A stretch of DNA of 62,342 nt from an uncultured Bdellovibrionales bacterium. Lineage in GTDB: Bacteria; Patescibacteriota; Minisyncoccia; Moranbacterales; UBA2206. Positions 1 to 9,575 of this stretch are shown here, piece by piece (within the stretch, counting starts at the first letter, position 1; each line of letters starts with the position of its first letter). The position numbers and the translations under genes were made by a program. The notes under the pieces were generated by a model that was given only the letters and a program-made list of their open reading frames with translations, did not search any database and was not told the origin of the DNA. The stretch covers positions 1 to 62,342 of the forward strand of contig CAYOTC010000004.1 in NCBI GenBank assembly GCA_964406815.1, given 5' to 3'.

Positions 1-88
1 TAGATTTGAGATAAAAATAGAGATAAAATTGGGAATGCAGATCGAGCGGAACTCGAAATGTTTTGTTTACCTAAAACATTATTAAGCT

Positions 89-652
89 ATGAGAAAAGAA
101 AAAATTTTAGAAATAGAAGGAATAAATAGCAAGATTGTTTTAAGAAAGCATAAGCAATCAAAGAGGCTTAAGATTTCAATTTATCCCGATGGAGAAATTT
201 TTGTTACTTTTCCGCGATATATTCCTTATTTTATGGCAGAGAAAATGGTTCTAAGAAAATCCGAATGGATAGAGCAGAAATTAAAAGAAATTAGTGGGAG
301 AGATAATGGAAATTTTAAATTAGGTGGCAGTGTGGAAGAGTATGCGAAATTAAAAAACAAAGCATTTGTTCTTGTTAAAGAAAAAATAGAAAAGTTCAAA
401 AAAATTTACGGGTTGAAAACGGGAAGTATTTCTGTCCGCAACCAAAAAACCCGTTGGGGAAGCTGTTCGGCTAAGGGGAATCTTAATTTCAATTATAAGA
501 TAGTTTTGCTTCCGGAAAAAATGGCCGACTATATCATTGTTCATGAACTTTGCCATCTTAAGGAATTTAATCACTCGAAAAGATTCTGGGATTTAGTCGG
601 AAAAACCGTGCCTGATTTTTTGTCCATTCGGAAAAATATAAGAAAACTTTGA
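89..652 (+). CDS. DUF45/YgjP-family (SprT/WLM-like) zinc metallohydrolase
   Basis: 187-aa ORF. It has an HExxH motif (IIVHELCHLKEFNHS) near the C-terminus, preceded by TRWGSCS. This arrangement is typical of YgjP/DUF45 proteins. Confidence 0.7.
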   Translation: MRKEKILEIEGINSKIVLRKHKQSKRLKISIYPDGEIFVTFPRYIPYFMAEKMVLRKSEWIEQKLKEISGRDNGNFKLGGSVEEYAKLKNKAFVLVKEKIEKFKKIYGLKTGSISVRNQKTRWGSCSAKGNLNFNYKIVLLPEKMADYIIVHELCHLKEFNHSKRFWDLVGKTVPDFLSIRKNIRKL

Positions 653-685
653 TATTTTTGGGCGTTTTTAAATAATGAAAAACTT

Positions 686-714
686 TTGACATAAGAATGG
701 TTTTTTATTATAAT
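686..714 (+). promoter_or_regulatory. sigma70-type promoter (TTGACA-17 nt-TATAAT)
   Basis: Perfect consensus hexamers at 686-691 and 709-714 with a 17-nt spacer. It lies about 130 nt upstream of the KH-domain gene. Confidence 0.5.
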
Positions 715-843
715 TCAGTAAGAAACAAGTAGGGTCTATTTCTGCTCAAAAAACAGGAATAGAAACAGGGATGATGGTTGGTCGATCTTCCAAAAACCTT
801 CTTGTTTTCCTAAAAAGATAATCTTTAATCTAGAATTACGAAA

Positions 844-1164
844 ATGACTGAACAAACTATGGATAGGGATTTTGTTGAATACGTTGTAAAACAGATTGTC
901 AACCACCCTGAAAATGTGAAAGTCGAAAGAAAGATCGACGAGATGGGAGTTCTCATTACTCTGGATGTTAATCCGGAAGACATGGGAATGATCATTGGAC
1001 GTGAAGGTGCGACTGCAAAAGCTCTTCGAACACTTCTTCGTGTTATTGGAGCTAAGAATAATGCAAGAGTAAATCTGAAAATCAATGAACCGGAAGGTTC
1101 TGAAAGAAAGCCGAGAGAAGAAAGAAAAAGCATTGATGAAGTCGTAGGTGATATTAACATATAG
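844..1164 (+). CDS. KH-domain RNA-binding protein (YlqC/UPF0109-like)
   Basis: 106-aa ORF with a KH-type GxxG loop (MIIGREGATAKALRTLL). It sits directly upstream of trmD, as ylqC does in the rpsP-ylqC-rimM-trmD context. rpsP and rimM are not in this window. Confidence 0.75.
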   Translation: MTEQTMDRDFVEYVVKQIVNHPENVKVERKIDEMGVLITLDVNPEDMGMIIGREGATAKALRTLLRVIGAKNNARVNLKINEPEGSERKPREERKSIDEVVGDINI

Positions 1165-1203
1165 TCTGTATTGGGCGAAAATATATTTTCGCTGGACATT
1201 CTT

Positions 1204-1240
1204 GCGAAAAAGACCGGTTTTCTGGTCTTTTTCGCTTTTT
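1204..1240 (+). terminator. rho-independent terminator-like hairpin
   Basis: 12-bp perfect stem (gcgaaaaagacc / ggtctttttcgc) followed by TTTTT. A second perfect palindrome, gcgaaaatatattttcgc, lies at 1175-1192. Confidence 0.6.
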
Positions 1241-1257
1241 AACGCTATAATTAACTT

Positions 1258-2001
1258 ATGAGATTTGATATAATAACAATTTTTCCCAAAATATTCGACG
1301 CTTATTTCAGTGAATCGATTTTGTCTCGGGCGAGTAAGAAAAATCTCATTAATATTGAAATTCATAACCTCAGAGATTATGCTGAGGGGAAACATAAAAA
1401 AGTTGACGACACTCCTTATGGAGGAGGAGCCGGAATGGTTATGAAAGTCGAACCGATTTACCGGTGTGTTAAAGATATTGCAAGTGTTAAAAGTGTTGGA
1501 ACTGTTGAAGATGTTGAAAATGAACCAACTAAAACAGCTACAACACCTAAAACAATTTCAACATCTCGAACGATTTTATTTTCTGCCAAAGGGAAAAAAT
1601 ATACCCAAAAAGACGCCGAGAGACTTTCTAAATATGAAAATCTCATTATGATTTGCGGAAGGTATGAGGGAGTAGATGAAAGAGTGGCGCAAAATTTAGT
1701 TGATGAAGAAATTTCGATTGGAGAATATGTTCTTACCGGAGGAGAGATTCCGGCGATGATATTGGTAGATTCGATTTCTCGTCTTATTCCGGGAGTTTTA
1801 GGAAATCCTGATTCTTTATCTGAAGAAAGTTTTGGTTTTATGCGAAATACAAAATGCGAAATACAAAATACAGAGTTGGAATATCCGCAATATACCAAAC
1901 CGGAAGAATTTATGGGTTGGAAAGTTCCTGAAATTCTTTTATCCGGAAATCATGGAAAGATAGAAAAATGGCGGAAAGAAAAAAGTAAAAAGATAAAATG
2001 A
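1258..2001 (+). CDS. trmD: tRNA (guanine37-N1)-methyltransferase
   Basis: 247 aa. TrmD hallmarks: [71 protein letters not shown]. It carries a roughly 25-aa T/V/E-rich insertion after the GGGAGMV motif. Confidence 0.9.
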   Translation: MRFDIITIFPKIFDAYFSESILSRASKKNLINIEIHNLRDYAEGKHKKVDDTPYGGGAGMVMKVEPIYRCVKDIASVKSVGTVEDVENEPTKTATTPKTISTSRTILFSAKGKKYTQKDAERLSKYENLIMICGRYEGVDERVAQNLVDEEISIGEYVLTGGEIPAMILVDSISRLIPGVLGNPDSLSEESFGFMRNTKCEIQNTELEYPQYTKPEEFMGWKVPEILLSGNHGKIEKWRKEKSKKIK

Positions 2002-2036
2002 TCCATAATAGGATTCAATATTTAATTTAAACATCG

Positions 2037-3152
2037 ATGAGTTTTGAAAAAACGGAAAAAACAAAATCGTTCGATAAACCTCTTTTTGCCACACTTCTTT
2101 TGCTTTTGTCTTTCGGGCTTATAATGATTGCCAGTGCCGGAGTCGCTTATTCAATGAGCCGTTTTGGAGATGCTTATTTCTTCTTTAAGCACCAACTGTT
2201 ATATGGAATGATTCCCGGTTTTATAATTTTATTCATCACTCAGAAAATAAATTATAATTTTTGGAAAAAAATTTCATTCCCATTTTTTGTTTTCAGTGTA
2301 GCATGCTTAATTTTAGTTTTTATTCCCGGTTTCGGCTCCAGGATTTATGGTGCTAGTCGATGGCTTCAGCTCGGATCGTTTTCTTTTCAACCTTCGGAAA
2401 TGCTCAAGCTTTCAATAATTCTCTATCTTTCCGCTTGGCTGGAAAGCCGTTTGGATAAAGTCAGGGATTTTTATGAGGGGCTAATGCCATTTTTGGCAAT
2501 TGTCGGAATAGTGAGTTTTCTTCTTATCAAACAACCAGATGTCGGAACTCTTGGAATTACAATTATTATTTCGATGTCAATTTTTTTTGCTTCCGGCGCG
2601 AGAATTTCTCATTTGCTTTCAATGGTAACCGGCGGAATAATTTTTCTTGGTTTTCTTATAAAATTCGAATCATATCGGATGAACCGTTTTTTGGTTTTTC
2701 TAAATCCCGAATTGGATCCGCGTGGTGCAGGTTATCAAATTAATCAAGCGCTTTTGGCTATCGGTTCGGGAGGAATATTCGGATTGGGACTGGGTCATAG
2801 TCTTCAAAAATTCAATTATCTTCCGGAACCGGTCGGCGATTCCATCTTTGCTATAATAGGAGAAGAATTGGGAATTATTGGAGCGATGTTTTTGGTTGTG
2901 CTGTTTTTCTATCTGTCTCTAAGGGGATTTGGGATTGCGAAAAATTCTCCGGATAAATTTTCTCATTTGGTGTCAATTGGAATAATTTCATGGATAATTT
3001 TTCAGGCATTTATAAATATCGGAGCAATATCCGGCATTATTCCGCTTACTGGAATACCTCTCCCGTTTGTCAGTTATGGAGGAACCTCGCTTGTATTTTT
3101 AATGGCGGCAGTCGGAATACTTTTAAATATTTCAAAGCATACAAACGGTTAA
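2037..3152 (+). CDS. ftsW: SEDS-family peptidoglycan glycosyltransferase (FtsW/RodA)
   Basis: 371 aa and multi-pass. SEDS motifs present: GASRWLQLG..FQPSE, GYQINQALLAIGSGGIFGLGLG, LPEPVGDSIFAIIGEELG, PLPFVSYGGTS. The position next to murG favours FtsW. Confidence 0.85.
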   Translation: MSFEKTEKTKSFDKPLFATLLLLLSFGLIMIASAGVAYSMSRFGDAYFFFKHQLLYGMIPGFIILFITQKINYNFWKKISFPFFVFSVACLILVFIPGFGSRIYGASRWLQLGSFSFQPSEMLKLSIILYLSAWLESRLDKVRDFYEGLMPFLAIVGIVSFLLIKQPDVGTLGITIIISMSIFFASGARISHLLSMVTGGIIFLGFLIKFESYRMNRFLVFLNPELDPRGAGYQINQALLAIGSGGIFGLGLGHSLQKFNYLPEPVGDSIFAIIGEELGIIGAMFLVVLFFYLSLRGFGIAKNSPDKFSHLVSIGIISWIIFQAFINIGAISGIIPLTGIPLPFVSYGGTSLVFLMAAVGILLNISKHTNG

Positions 3153-3232
3153 ATGTTTAAATTATTAAATGGTTGCAAAGATAATAGATTGCGAAACCAC
3201 GGAATAATTTAACAATTTAACAAAATTAACAT

Positions 3233-4339
3233 ATGAAAATAGTTCTAGCTGGCGGGGGAACAGGCGGTCATCTCACTCCACTTGTGGCTGTTGCGAGAAA
3301 AATAAAAGAGAAAGTTCCGGAAGCGGAGTTTGTTTTTGTCGGGCCGAAAGGAAAATTGGAAAAAGATCTGATTGAATCGGAAGGAGTAAAAATTAGAAAT
3401 ATTTCGGTTGGAAAATTACGGAGATATTTTTCCTTCCAAAATGTCATTGATATTTTATTCAAGGTTCCTATTGGGATTATTCAATGCCTTTTTATTCTTT
3501 TTTTTGAGATGCCGGATGCGATATTTTCCAAAGGCGGTTATGCTTCTTTCCCGGTCGTGATTGTCGGCTGGCTCTATCGGATTCCGATTATGATTCATGA
3601 ATCGGATGCTAATCCGGGATTAGCCAACTCAATGCTGGGAAAATTTTCCGATCGGGTGGCGGTTTCCTATATTGAGGCGGAAAATTATTTTCCGGCTGAT
3701 CAAGTGGTGCACACAGGAAGTCCTCTCCGGGAAGATATCAATCAGGGAGATGCAAAGACGGCTCGGGAAAAATTCCGTCTGACGGAATCAAAAAAAGTTA
3801 TTTTTGTTTGGGGAGGATCGCAGGGAGCAAGAAATATCAACGAAAAAATCCTGGACATTTTGCCGGATTTGCTCCATAAATATCAAGTCATCCATCAGAC
3901 TGGCGAATTGAATTATGATGATACGGTGAAAAGGGCCGGCGAAATGGGGGTAAAGGCCGGGCATGATGGATATTTTGCATTGCCTTTCGTCAGTGAAGGT
4001 TTGGGGGATATTTTGGCTCTAGCGGATCTGGTAATTTCGCGTGCCGGCAGCACTTCCATTTCTGAAATTGCAGCCAATGCGAAGCCGGCTATCATTATTC
4101 CACTTGAGACTTCCGCTAATGACCATCAGAGGATGAACGCTTATTCTTTTGCGAAAGCCGGTGCTTGCGTTGTTCTGGAAGAAAGCAATCTTGGAGAAAA
4201 TATGCTTATGAGAAATATTGATGATATTATGAACAATGATCAGTTGAGACAAAATCTTTCGGAAAATATCAAAAAATTATATCATCCGGACGCAGCAGAA
4301 CGTATCGCTGAGGGAATTTTGGGGATGGTGAAAAATTAA
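3233..4339 (+). CDS. murG: UDP-GlcNAc:lipid I N-acetylglucosaminyltransferase
   Basis: 368 aa. N-terminal GGGTGGHLTPLVAV, C-terminal ISRAGSTSISEIAA and NDHQRMNA, all typical of MurG. Confidence 0.9.
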   Translation: MKIVLAGGGTGGHLTPLVAVARKIKEKVPEAEFVFVGPKGKLEKDLIESEGVKIRNISVGKLRRYFSFQNVIDILFKVPIGIIQCLFILFFEMPDAIFSKGGYASFPVVIVGWLYRIPIMIHESDANPGLANSMLGKFSDRVAVSYIEAENYFPADQVVHTGSPLREDINQGDAKTAREKFRLTESKKVIFVWGGSQGARNINEKILDILPDLLHKYQVIHQTGELNYDDTVKRAGEMGVKAGHDGYFALPFVSEGLGDILALADLVISRAGSTSISEIAANAKPAIIIPLETSANDHQRMNAYSFAKAGACVVLEESNLGENMLMRNIDDIMNNDQLRQNLSENIKKLYHPDAAERIAEGILGMVKN

Positions 4340-4418
4340 TTTTCAATTTTAAATTTCTCTGGCTGCGCCAGATCTCGCGAAGCGAGATAATTTCTAAACA
4401 ATTAGTAGTGGTATTTCT

Positions 4419-5936
4419 ATGCCAGAATGGCCAATAAATAAGAATAACCAAGAAGAACCGGAAAAAGAATCCGCTGAGGTTTTGGCTTACAAAAAAGAAG
4501 TAGAAGAAAGAATCAAGAATCTTTTGGAAACCAATTCCGATCTTCGTAATGTGGCGAAGTTTCTAGGCGCGGAAAAATATCTCAGGATTTTTCCAGGCAA
4601 AAGGCAAACGGTCATTTTCAAGGCGAAAGATTTTATTTATGACCAGATAAAAAGCCAGAAATTTTTGAAATTACCGACAAAATTTCTGAAAACCAATGAT
4701 GTCATTCTACCGCCTGATCCGGGAGAGATAATAACCGGCAGTGGAGAAGGAATGGAACCGAAGGAATATATTCCCAGAAGTCAATATCTTATCGAACTTC
4801 TTACGGAGATGGATCTTGATTATGAGTTAACAGAAGGAGAAAATACTCCCAATATGATGCGAAAACTGAGCTATTATGGAGTTGTCATTAAGGAGATAAA
4901 GAAATTGGTCCTAGTGAACAATGAAGAAGGCAACGCCACTTTTATCATTCATGATTTTGAAGGAGATATTGAAGAGGCGAAAAAATATTCAAAGAATATA
5001 TCAAAAGATGGACTTAAGATACGCAGGGATGTTTCAGGTGATGTTTCATATGTTGAATATCCTGGAGACAAGGAAAAATGGAAATTGGCGATAAGAGATT
5101 TGTTGGAGAATGGGGTGAAGGAGAGGAAAGAAAAGATTGAGAATGGGGATGAAAAAATGGGAAGTATTAGAAATGGAGAAGGGAATAAAGAAATCTTATC
5201 TTTTAAAGAAGCTAGAAAAAAAGCTCGAGGATTTGGATTTACTAGTTTTGAGGATTACAGAAAAAGATATAAGGAAATTTTAGGTTTGCCATCAAATCCA
5301 GGAAGAACTTACAAAAATAACGGTTGGAGAAGTTTTGCAGATTTTCTTGATTTAAAAATAGAATATCGAAAATCAGAAGAATTTTTATCTTTTGAAGAAG
5401 CGAAGAAAAAAGCAAAAGAAGCTGGTTTTGCAGGACAAGAAGATTATAAAAATAGATATAAAGAAATCACAGGTTTGCCATCAAGTCCTAATGATAAATA
5501 TGAAAAAAGTGGTTGGAAGAATTGGAACGATTTTTTAGGAAAGGAAAATAAAATAGAAAGGCAAAAACAGGAGAATATATTATCTTTCAGTGAAGCTAGA
5601 GAAAAAGCAAGGAATTTCGGTTTTGTTAGTTCTAGAGATTATGAAAAAAGATACAAAAAAATTATTGGTTTGCCATCCAATCCGAATGATTTTTATAAAA
5701 ATAATGGCTGGAAAGGATGGCCAGATTTTATAGGTACAGGAAAAGAAAATAAAAAAATCTCATTATCATATAAGATGGCCCAAAAAAAGGTGAAAGATCA
5801 TGGTTTTACTAGTAGCAAAGATTACATAAAAAGATATAATGAGGTTTCAGGATTACCATCACGCCCAGATAGCACATATTCAAACAAAGGCTGGATCGAT
5901 TGGGATGATTTTTTGGGGAAGAAAAAAGAAAAATAA
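4419..5936 (+). CDS. orphan protein: about 258-aa unknown N-terminal domain plus four tandem 59-65 aa repeats
   Basis: 505-aa uninterrupted ORF. The C-terminal half is four copies of [IF]LS[FY].EA+.KA+..GF.S..DY.KRYKEI.GLPS.P...Y...GW..W.DFLG. Confidence 0.7.
   Translation: MPEWPINKNNQEEPEKESAEVLAYKKEVEERIKNLLETNSDLRNVAKFLGAEKYLRIFPGKRQTVIFKAKDFIYDQIKSQKFLKLPTKFLKTNDVILPPDPGEIITGSGEGMEPKEYIPRSQYLIELLTEMDLDYELTEGENTPNMMRKLSYYGVVIKEIKKLVLVNNEEGNATFIIHDFEGDIEEAKKYSKNISKDGLKIRRDVSGDVSYVEYPGDKEKWKLAIRDLLENGVKERKEKIENGDEKMGSIRNGEGNKEILSFKEARKKARGFGFTSFEDYRKRYKEILGLPSNPGRTYKNNGWRSFADFLDLKIEYRKSEEFLSFEEAKKKAKEAGFAGQEDYKNRYKEITGLPSSPNDKYEKSGWKNWNDFLGKENKIERQKQENILSFSEAREKARNFGFVSSRDYEKRYKKIIGLPSNPNDFYKNNGWKGWPDFIGTGKENKKISLSYKMAQKKVKDHGFTSSKDYIKRYNEVSGLPSRPDSTYSNKGWIDWDDFLGKKKEK
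5193..5933 (+). repeat. four in-frame tandem coding repeats (unit starts 5193, 5382, 5577, 5757)
   Basis: Read directly from the translation. Units start ILSFKEARKKARGFGF..., FLSFEEAKKKAKEAGF..., ILSFSEAREKARNFGF..., ISLSYKMAQKKVKDHGF.... Each ends in GW..W.DFLG. Confidence 0.85.
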
Positions 5937-5956
5937 TTCATAAATAATTTTCAAAT

Positions 5957-7336
5957 ATGGATAATATTAATTTTGGCGGAATAAAAAAAATTCATATCAT
6001 CGGTATTGAGGGTGCGGGGACGTCGGCGTTGGCTAGGATTTTGAAACTGTCCGGAAAAGAAATAAGCGGGTCGGATGAGGGCGATCATTTCTATTTTGGC
6101 GTGCTTGAGAAAGAAGGAATAGGAGTTTTTCACAAATTCTCACCAGAAAATATTCCATCTGATGTCGATCTTATAATCTACGGCTCGTCTTTCCGGCCGG
6201 AAACAAATGTTGAATTGAAAGCGGCTTTTGATTTAGGAAAAACTATCATCACTTATGCCGAAGCGCTGGCGCTTATGTTTAATGCCAAATACGGGATTGC
6301 AGTTGTCGGAACTCATGGCAAGACAACTACTTCGGCGATGTTGGCGGAAATTATGAGAAGTTGCGAAGTTGATCCATCTGCGGTTATTGGTGGAAAAGTC
6401 ATAAATTGGGACAGTAATTCAATAGCCGGAAAAGGCGAATTTTTTGTGGCAGAAGCGGATGAATATCAGAACAAGCTGAAATATTATGAACCTAAATCAG
6501 TTATCTTAACCAGCTGTGATTTTGATCATCCGGATTTTTTCAAAGATTTTGCTGAATATAAAAAAGTATTTTCCGATTTCGTTTCAAAAATTCCGAAAAT
6601 CGGAACGCTAATTGTTTGGGGAGACAGCGTGGATACGCTGGAAGTTTCTGCTTCGGCTTCCTGCAGTGTTCTGACTTATGGATTTTCCGAAGACTGCATA
6701 TATAAATCAAAAATCAAAAATCAAAAATCAAAAACGCAGGTCTTTGAAATATTTTTCAAAGAAGAATTATTGGGGGAATTTGAAACGCAACTTACTGGAA
6801 AGCATAATGTGTTGAATGCCACGGCGGCGATTGCGATGTGTCATAAATTGAATATTGATATGGAAAAAGTCAAAGAGGCTGTTTTGAAATTCCGTGGAAC
6901 AGCCAGAAGATTCCAATATGTTGGTGAAAGAAACGGCGCGATAATTATCGATGATTATGCTCATCATCCGGAAGAAATTAAAGCAACCCTAAGAGGCGCG
7001 CGGGAAATTTATCCGGAAAAAAATATCCTGGCAATCTTCCATCCGCACACTTTCACGCGGACCAAAGCACTCCTTGGTGAATTTTCCCAAAGTTTTGATG
7101 ATGCGGATAAAGTTATTGTTTTGGATATTTTTGGAAGTGCCAGAGAAACTCAAGGCGGAGTGAGTTCGAAAGAATTGGTTAATCTTATAAATAAATATAC
7201 TCGCGACAAGGCGGAATATGTTCCGACAATAGATGAAGTGATAGAATATCTTGAAAACAGGATTGGTGAGAATGATATTATTATTACTATCGGCGCGGGA
7301 GATGTCTGGCAAGTAGCTAAGAAGTTGGTTGTGTAA
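5957..7336 (+). CDS. murC: UDP-N-acetylmuramate--L-alanine ligase
   Basis: 459 aa. IHIIGIEGAGTSALA, the Mur-ligase P-loop VGTHGKTTTSAM, and DDYAHHPEEI. Confidence 0.9.
   Translation: MDNINFGGIKKIHIIGIEGAGTSALARILKLSGKEISGSDEGDHFYFGVLEKEGIGVFHKFSPENIPSDVDLIIYGSSFRPETNVELKAAFDLGKTIITYAEALALMFNAKYGIAVVGTHGKTTTSAMLAEIMRSCEVDPSAVIGGKVINWDSNSIAGKGEFFVAEADEYQNKLKYYEPKSVILTSCDFDHPDFFKDFAEYKKVFSDFVSKIPKIGTLIVWGDSVDTLEVSASASCSVLTYGFSEDCIYKSKIKNQKSKTQVFEIFFKEELLGEFETQLTGKHNVLNATAAIAMCHKLNIDMEKVKEAVLKFRGTARRFQYVGERNGAIIIDDYAHHPEEIKATLRGAREIYPEKNILAIFHPHTFTRTKALLGEFSQSFDDADKVIVLDIFGSARETQGGVSSKELVNLINKYTRDKAEYVPTIDEVIEYLENRIGENDIIITIGAGDVWQVAKKLVV
6702..6736 (+). repeat. heptanucleotide microsatellite (AAAAATC)n inside murC
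   Basis: Three perfect AAAAATC units at 6709-6729, flanked by the degenerate units ataaatc and aaaaacg. It encodes KSKIKNQKSKTQ. Confidence 0.85.
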
Positions 7337-7401
7337 AAACTTGTTGTGCATGAAATTGCGATAGTTTATAATATAAACATTGACGGCGTAAATATTATAA
7401 A

Positions 7402-8346
7402 ATGGAAAAAAACAATCTTGAAATAAAACAAAATATTCCGCTGGCGCCTTTCACCACTTTCAAAATTGGCGGGCCGGCGAAATTTTTCGCGGAAGTGAAA
7501 AACGCAGAAGAACTTTCAGAAGCTATTGAATATACTAGAAAAAATAATCTTAAATTTTTTGTATTGGGTGGAGGAAGCAATATCTTGGTGAGTGACGACG
7601 GTTTCGATGGACTTGTTATTTGCATAAAAGATGTGAAATGTGAAATACGAGATACAAAAATCGAATGTGGCGCAGGAACATTATTATCGCAAGCAGTGAA
7701 TCTGGCCAAAGAAAATTCTCTAACTGGATTGGAGTGGGCAGTCGGAATTCCGGGAACAATTGGCGGAGCAATAACGGGAAATGCGGCGGCTTATGGATCG
7801 GATATATCCAGTGCTGTGGAAAGCGTAAAAATTATAGATATCTCCAAAAAAGAAATTAAAACTGTCGATTTTAACAATGATGATTGCAATTTCGGATATC
7901 GCGATTCTATTTTTAAGCAGAATAATAGTCGTATAATTTTATCTTGTGAGTTAGTCTTGGAAAAAGGAGAAAAAGAGGATATTTCCAAAAAAATGGAAGA
8001 AATAAGAAAACAAAGAAATGGAAAAATTCCGCAAGGTCTAAGCGCGGGGAGTTTTTTTCAAAATCCCGAAACGGAAAAAAAATGGCTTATTGAAAGGTTT
8101 GAAAAAGAAAAGGGAGTTGCTTGTAGAAATAATAAGGTTCCGGCCGGGTGGCTAATCGAAGAGGTCGGGTTTCTGGGAAAAAAAGTGGGAGGAGTAAATG
8201 TCAGTGAAAATCACGGAAATTTCATTGTTAATCTAGGAAATGGGACAGCTCATGACATAGTTATATTATCTAGTTTAATTAAGCAAAAAGTCAGAGTGGA
8301 ACTAGGAGTGCAACTTAGGGAGGAAATAATTTATGTAGGTTTTTAA
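7402..8346 (+). CDS. murB: UDP-N-acetylenolpyruvoylglucosamine reductase
   Basis: 314 aa. PLAPFTTFKIGGPAKFF, VLGGGSNILVSD, GIPGTIGGAI, SAGSFFQNP. Confidence 0.9.
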   Translation: MEKNNLEIKQNIPLAPFTTFKIGGPAKFFAEVKNAEELSEAIEYTRKNNLKFFVLGGGSNILVSDDGFDGLVICIKDVKCEIRDTKIECGAGTLLSQAVNLAKENSLTGLEWAVGIPGTIGGAITGNAAAYGSDISSAVESVKIIDISKKEIKTVDFNNDDCNFGYRDSIFKQNNSRIILSCELVLEKGEKEDISKKMEEIRKQRNGKIPQGLSAGSFFQNPETEKKWLIERFEKEKGVACRNNKVPAGWLIEEVGFLGKKVGGVNVSENHGNFIVNLGNGTAHDIVILSSLIKQKVRVELGVQLREEIIYVGF

Positions 8347-8402
8347 AAAATTAAAAGCCTTTCTGGACAATCTTTATGATTGACTAGTAAGGAAAAATAT
8401 TT

Positions 8403-8783
8403 ATGAAAAAAATCAAAAAGGGAGAAGTCCCGATAAGAATGTTTTTTAGAGGACTTGAGATTGATGACAGAACAAAAAAATATATTGAGAAACGTTTGGG
8501 GAAGATCAGAAAGCCACTTGATAATATAACCAAAATAGAAATTGAAATAGATTTGGATAAAAAAGGAAAATTCCGAGCGGAAATAATGGTGAAGACTCCT
8601 TATGAGCTTTATCGTTCTGAAGAGACGACTGAAAGTGTGGAAGGTTCTATTGATATCGTCTGCGGAGAACTCTATAATCAGATTATGAAAGACAAGGAGA
8701 AATTGATTGATCTTCGCAAAAGAGGTGGTAGGTCCTTGAAGAAAAAGATGACTCTTGACAAAAGTGCGAGATATAAGAAATAA
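8403..8783 (+). CDS. ribosome hibernation factor-like (S30AE/RaiA/HPF family) protein
   Basis: 126 aa. The pattern of alternating beta-alpha elements (RGLEIDDRTKKYIEKRLGKI..., KFRAEIMVKTP...) and the basic tail resemble short HPF proteins. Assignment is by resemblance only. Confidence 0.55.
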   Translation: MKKIKKGEVPIRMFFRGLEIDDRTKKYIEKRLGKIRKPLDNITKIEIEIDLDKKGKFRAEIMVKTPYELYRSEETTESVEGSIDIVCGELYNQIMKDKEKLIDLRKRGGRSLKKKMTLDKSARYKK

Positions 8784-8792
8784 AAAATAAAA

Positions 8793-9440
8793 ATGAAGAA
8801 AGCGCTTATTTATATAGTGGTTATTCTGGCAATCCTGGGCATAGGAGTTTGGTTCATGATGCTAAATGAAAATGCGAAAGAAAATGAAACTTTTAAGATT
8901 GGAGACGAACATTGTCCCCAGGACGCCAAACTTTGCCCAGATGGTTCATCGGTCGGAAGGCATGGCGAGAAGTGCGAATTTCCCTTTTGTGAAGGCGAAG
9001 AAAAAGAATTGAGCCAATTCTTTGAAAGCAGATCACTGGGGGTAAAGCTTAAATATCCGATAAATTGGACAGTCAGCGGACAAACGGACAATGAAACCGG
9101 AAAAAAAGAAGTTTATATAAAAAACAAAGATTCTTTGCTCAAGATTTCTTTATATGAAAATAAAGAAAAAGTTTTTTTGAAATCATGGTTTGATTCACAT
9201 TTCAGCAAAGAAGAAAATAAAGACTGTGAATTTTCCGATTCAAATATCGGTATCGGAGAATATTACACCAAACGCATTCGACCTGGTGCCGATTCGGAAG
9301 AAGGAATTTGCAAGGAGGCCGGACTCTATTCCAATGTCGACGGAAATCTTATGATTGTCAGGGCGGAAATAGAAGAGGGAAATAATGATGATGTCGTCAG
9401 AAAAATTTTGGGAAGTTTCGAATATATTAGTAAAAAATAA
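8793..9440 (+). CDS. membrane-anchored secreted protein with a CxxDxKLCPDGSxVxRxGxxCEFxxC module
   Basis: 215 aa. N-terminal TM helix, then CPQDAKLCPDGSSVGRHGEKCEFPFC. The same module occurs in the next gene. Confidence 0.6.
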   Translation: MKKALIYIVVILAILGIGVWFMMLNENAKENETFKIGDEHCPQDAKLCPDGSSVGRHGEKCEFPFCEGEEKELSQFFESRSLGVKLKYPINWTVSGQTDNETGKKEVYIKNKDSLLKISLYENKEKVFLKSWFDSHFSKEENKDCEFSDSNIGIGEYYTKRIRPGADSEEGICKEAGLYSNVDGNLMIVRAEIEEGNNDDVVRKILGSFEYISKK

Positions 9441-9575
9441 AAATATGGATCAGGAAACCTCTCTTAGAGAGATGTTATTATAAATTTCATTATTTCCCTC
9501 AATGAGCTGAGAATTTCTTATTTGCATAAGTAGCTAAAAAATATATAATAAAAATATAAAAATTAAACCAAAAAA

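Noticed and set aside
736-1395. Long antisense ORFs in the track. Examples are 736..1395, 13395..13964, 32276..32824, 40606..41196, 42012..42416, 55991..56419 and 60092..60532.
   Set aside because: Each lies fully opposite a well-supported conserved gene (the KH gene/trmD, secA, DUF4012, htrA, clpB, GT2, rfbB). Each has a low-complexity, I/F/K/N-rich composition typical of shadow frames in AT-rich DNA, and none has a Shine-Dalgarno sequence or recognisable motif.
1465-1560. The T/V/E-rich insertion in TrmD and the locally repetitive DNA (gtgttaaa... motifs) as a possible mobile insertion or intein.
   Set aside because: It is only about 25 aa, in-frame, and has no intein or nuclease motifs. 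It is most simply a lineage-specific surface loop.
5193-5933. Periodic repeats that might suggest a CRISPR array or satellite.
   Set aside because: The units are 177-195 nt, contiguous with no spacers, and in-frame within one ORF. They are conserved at the protein level rather than the DNA level, so they are coding tandem repeats.
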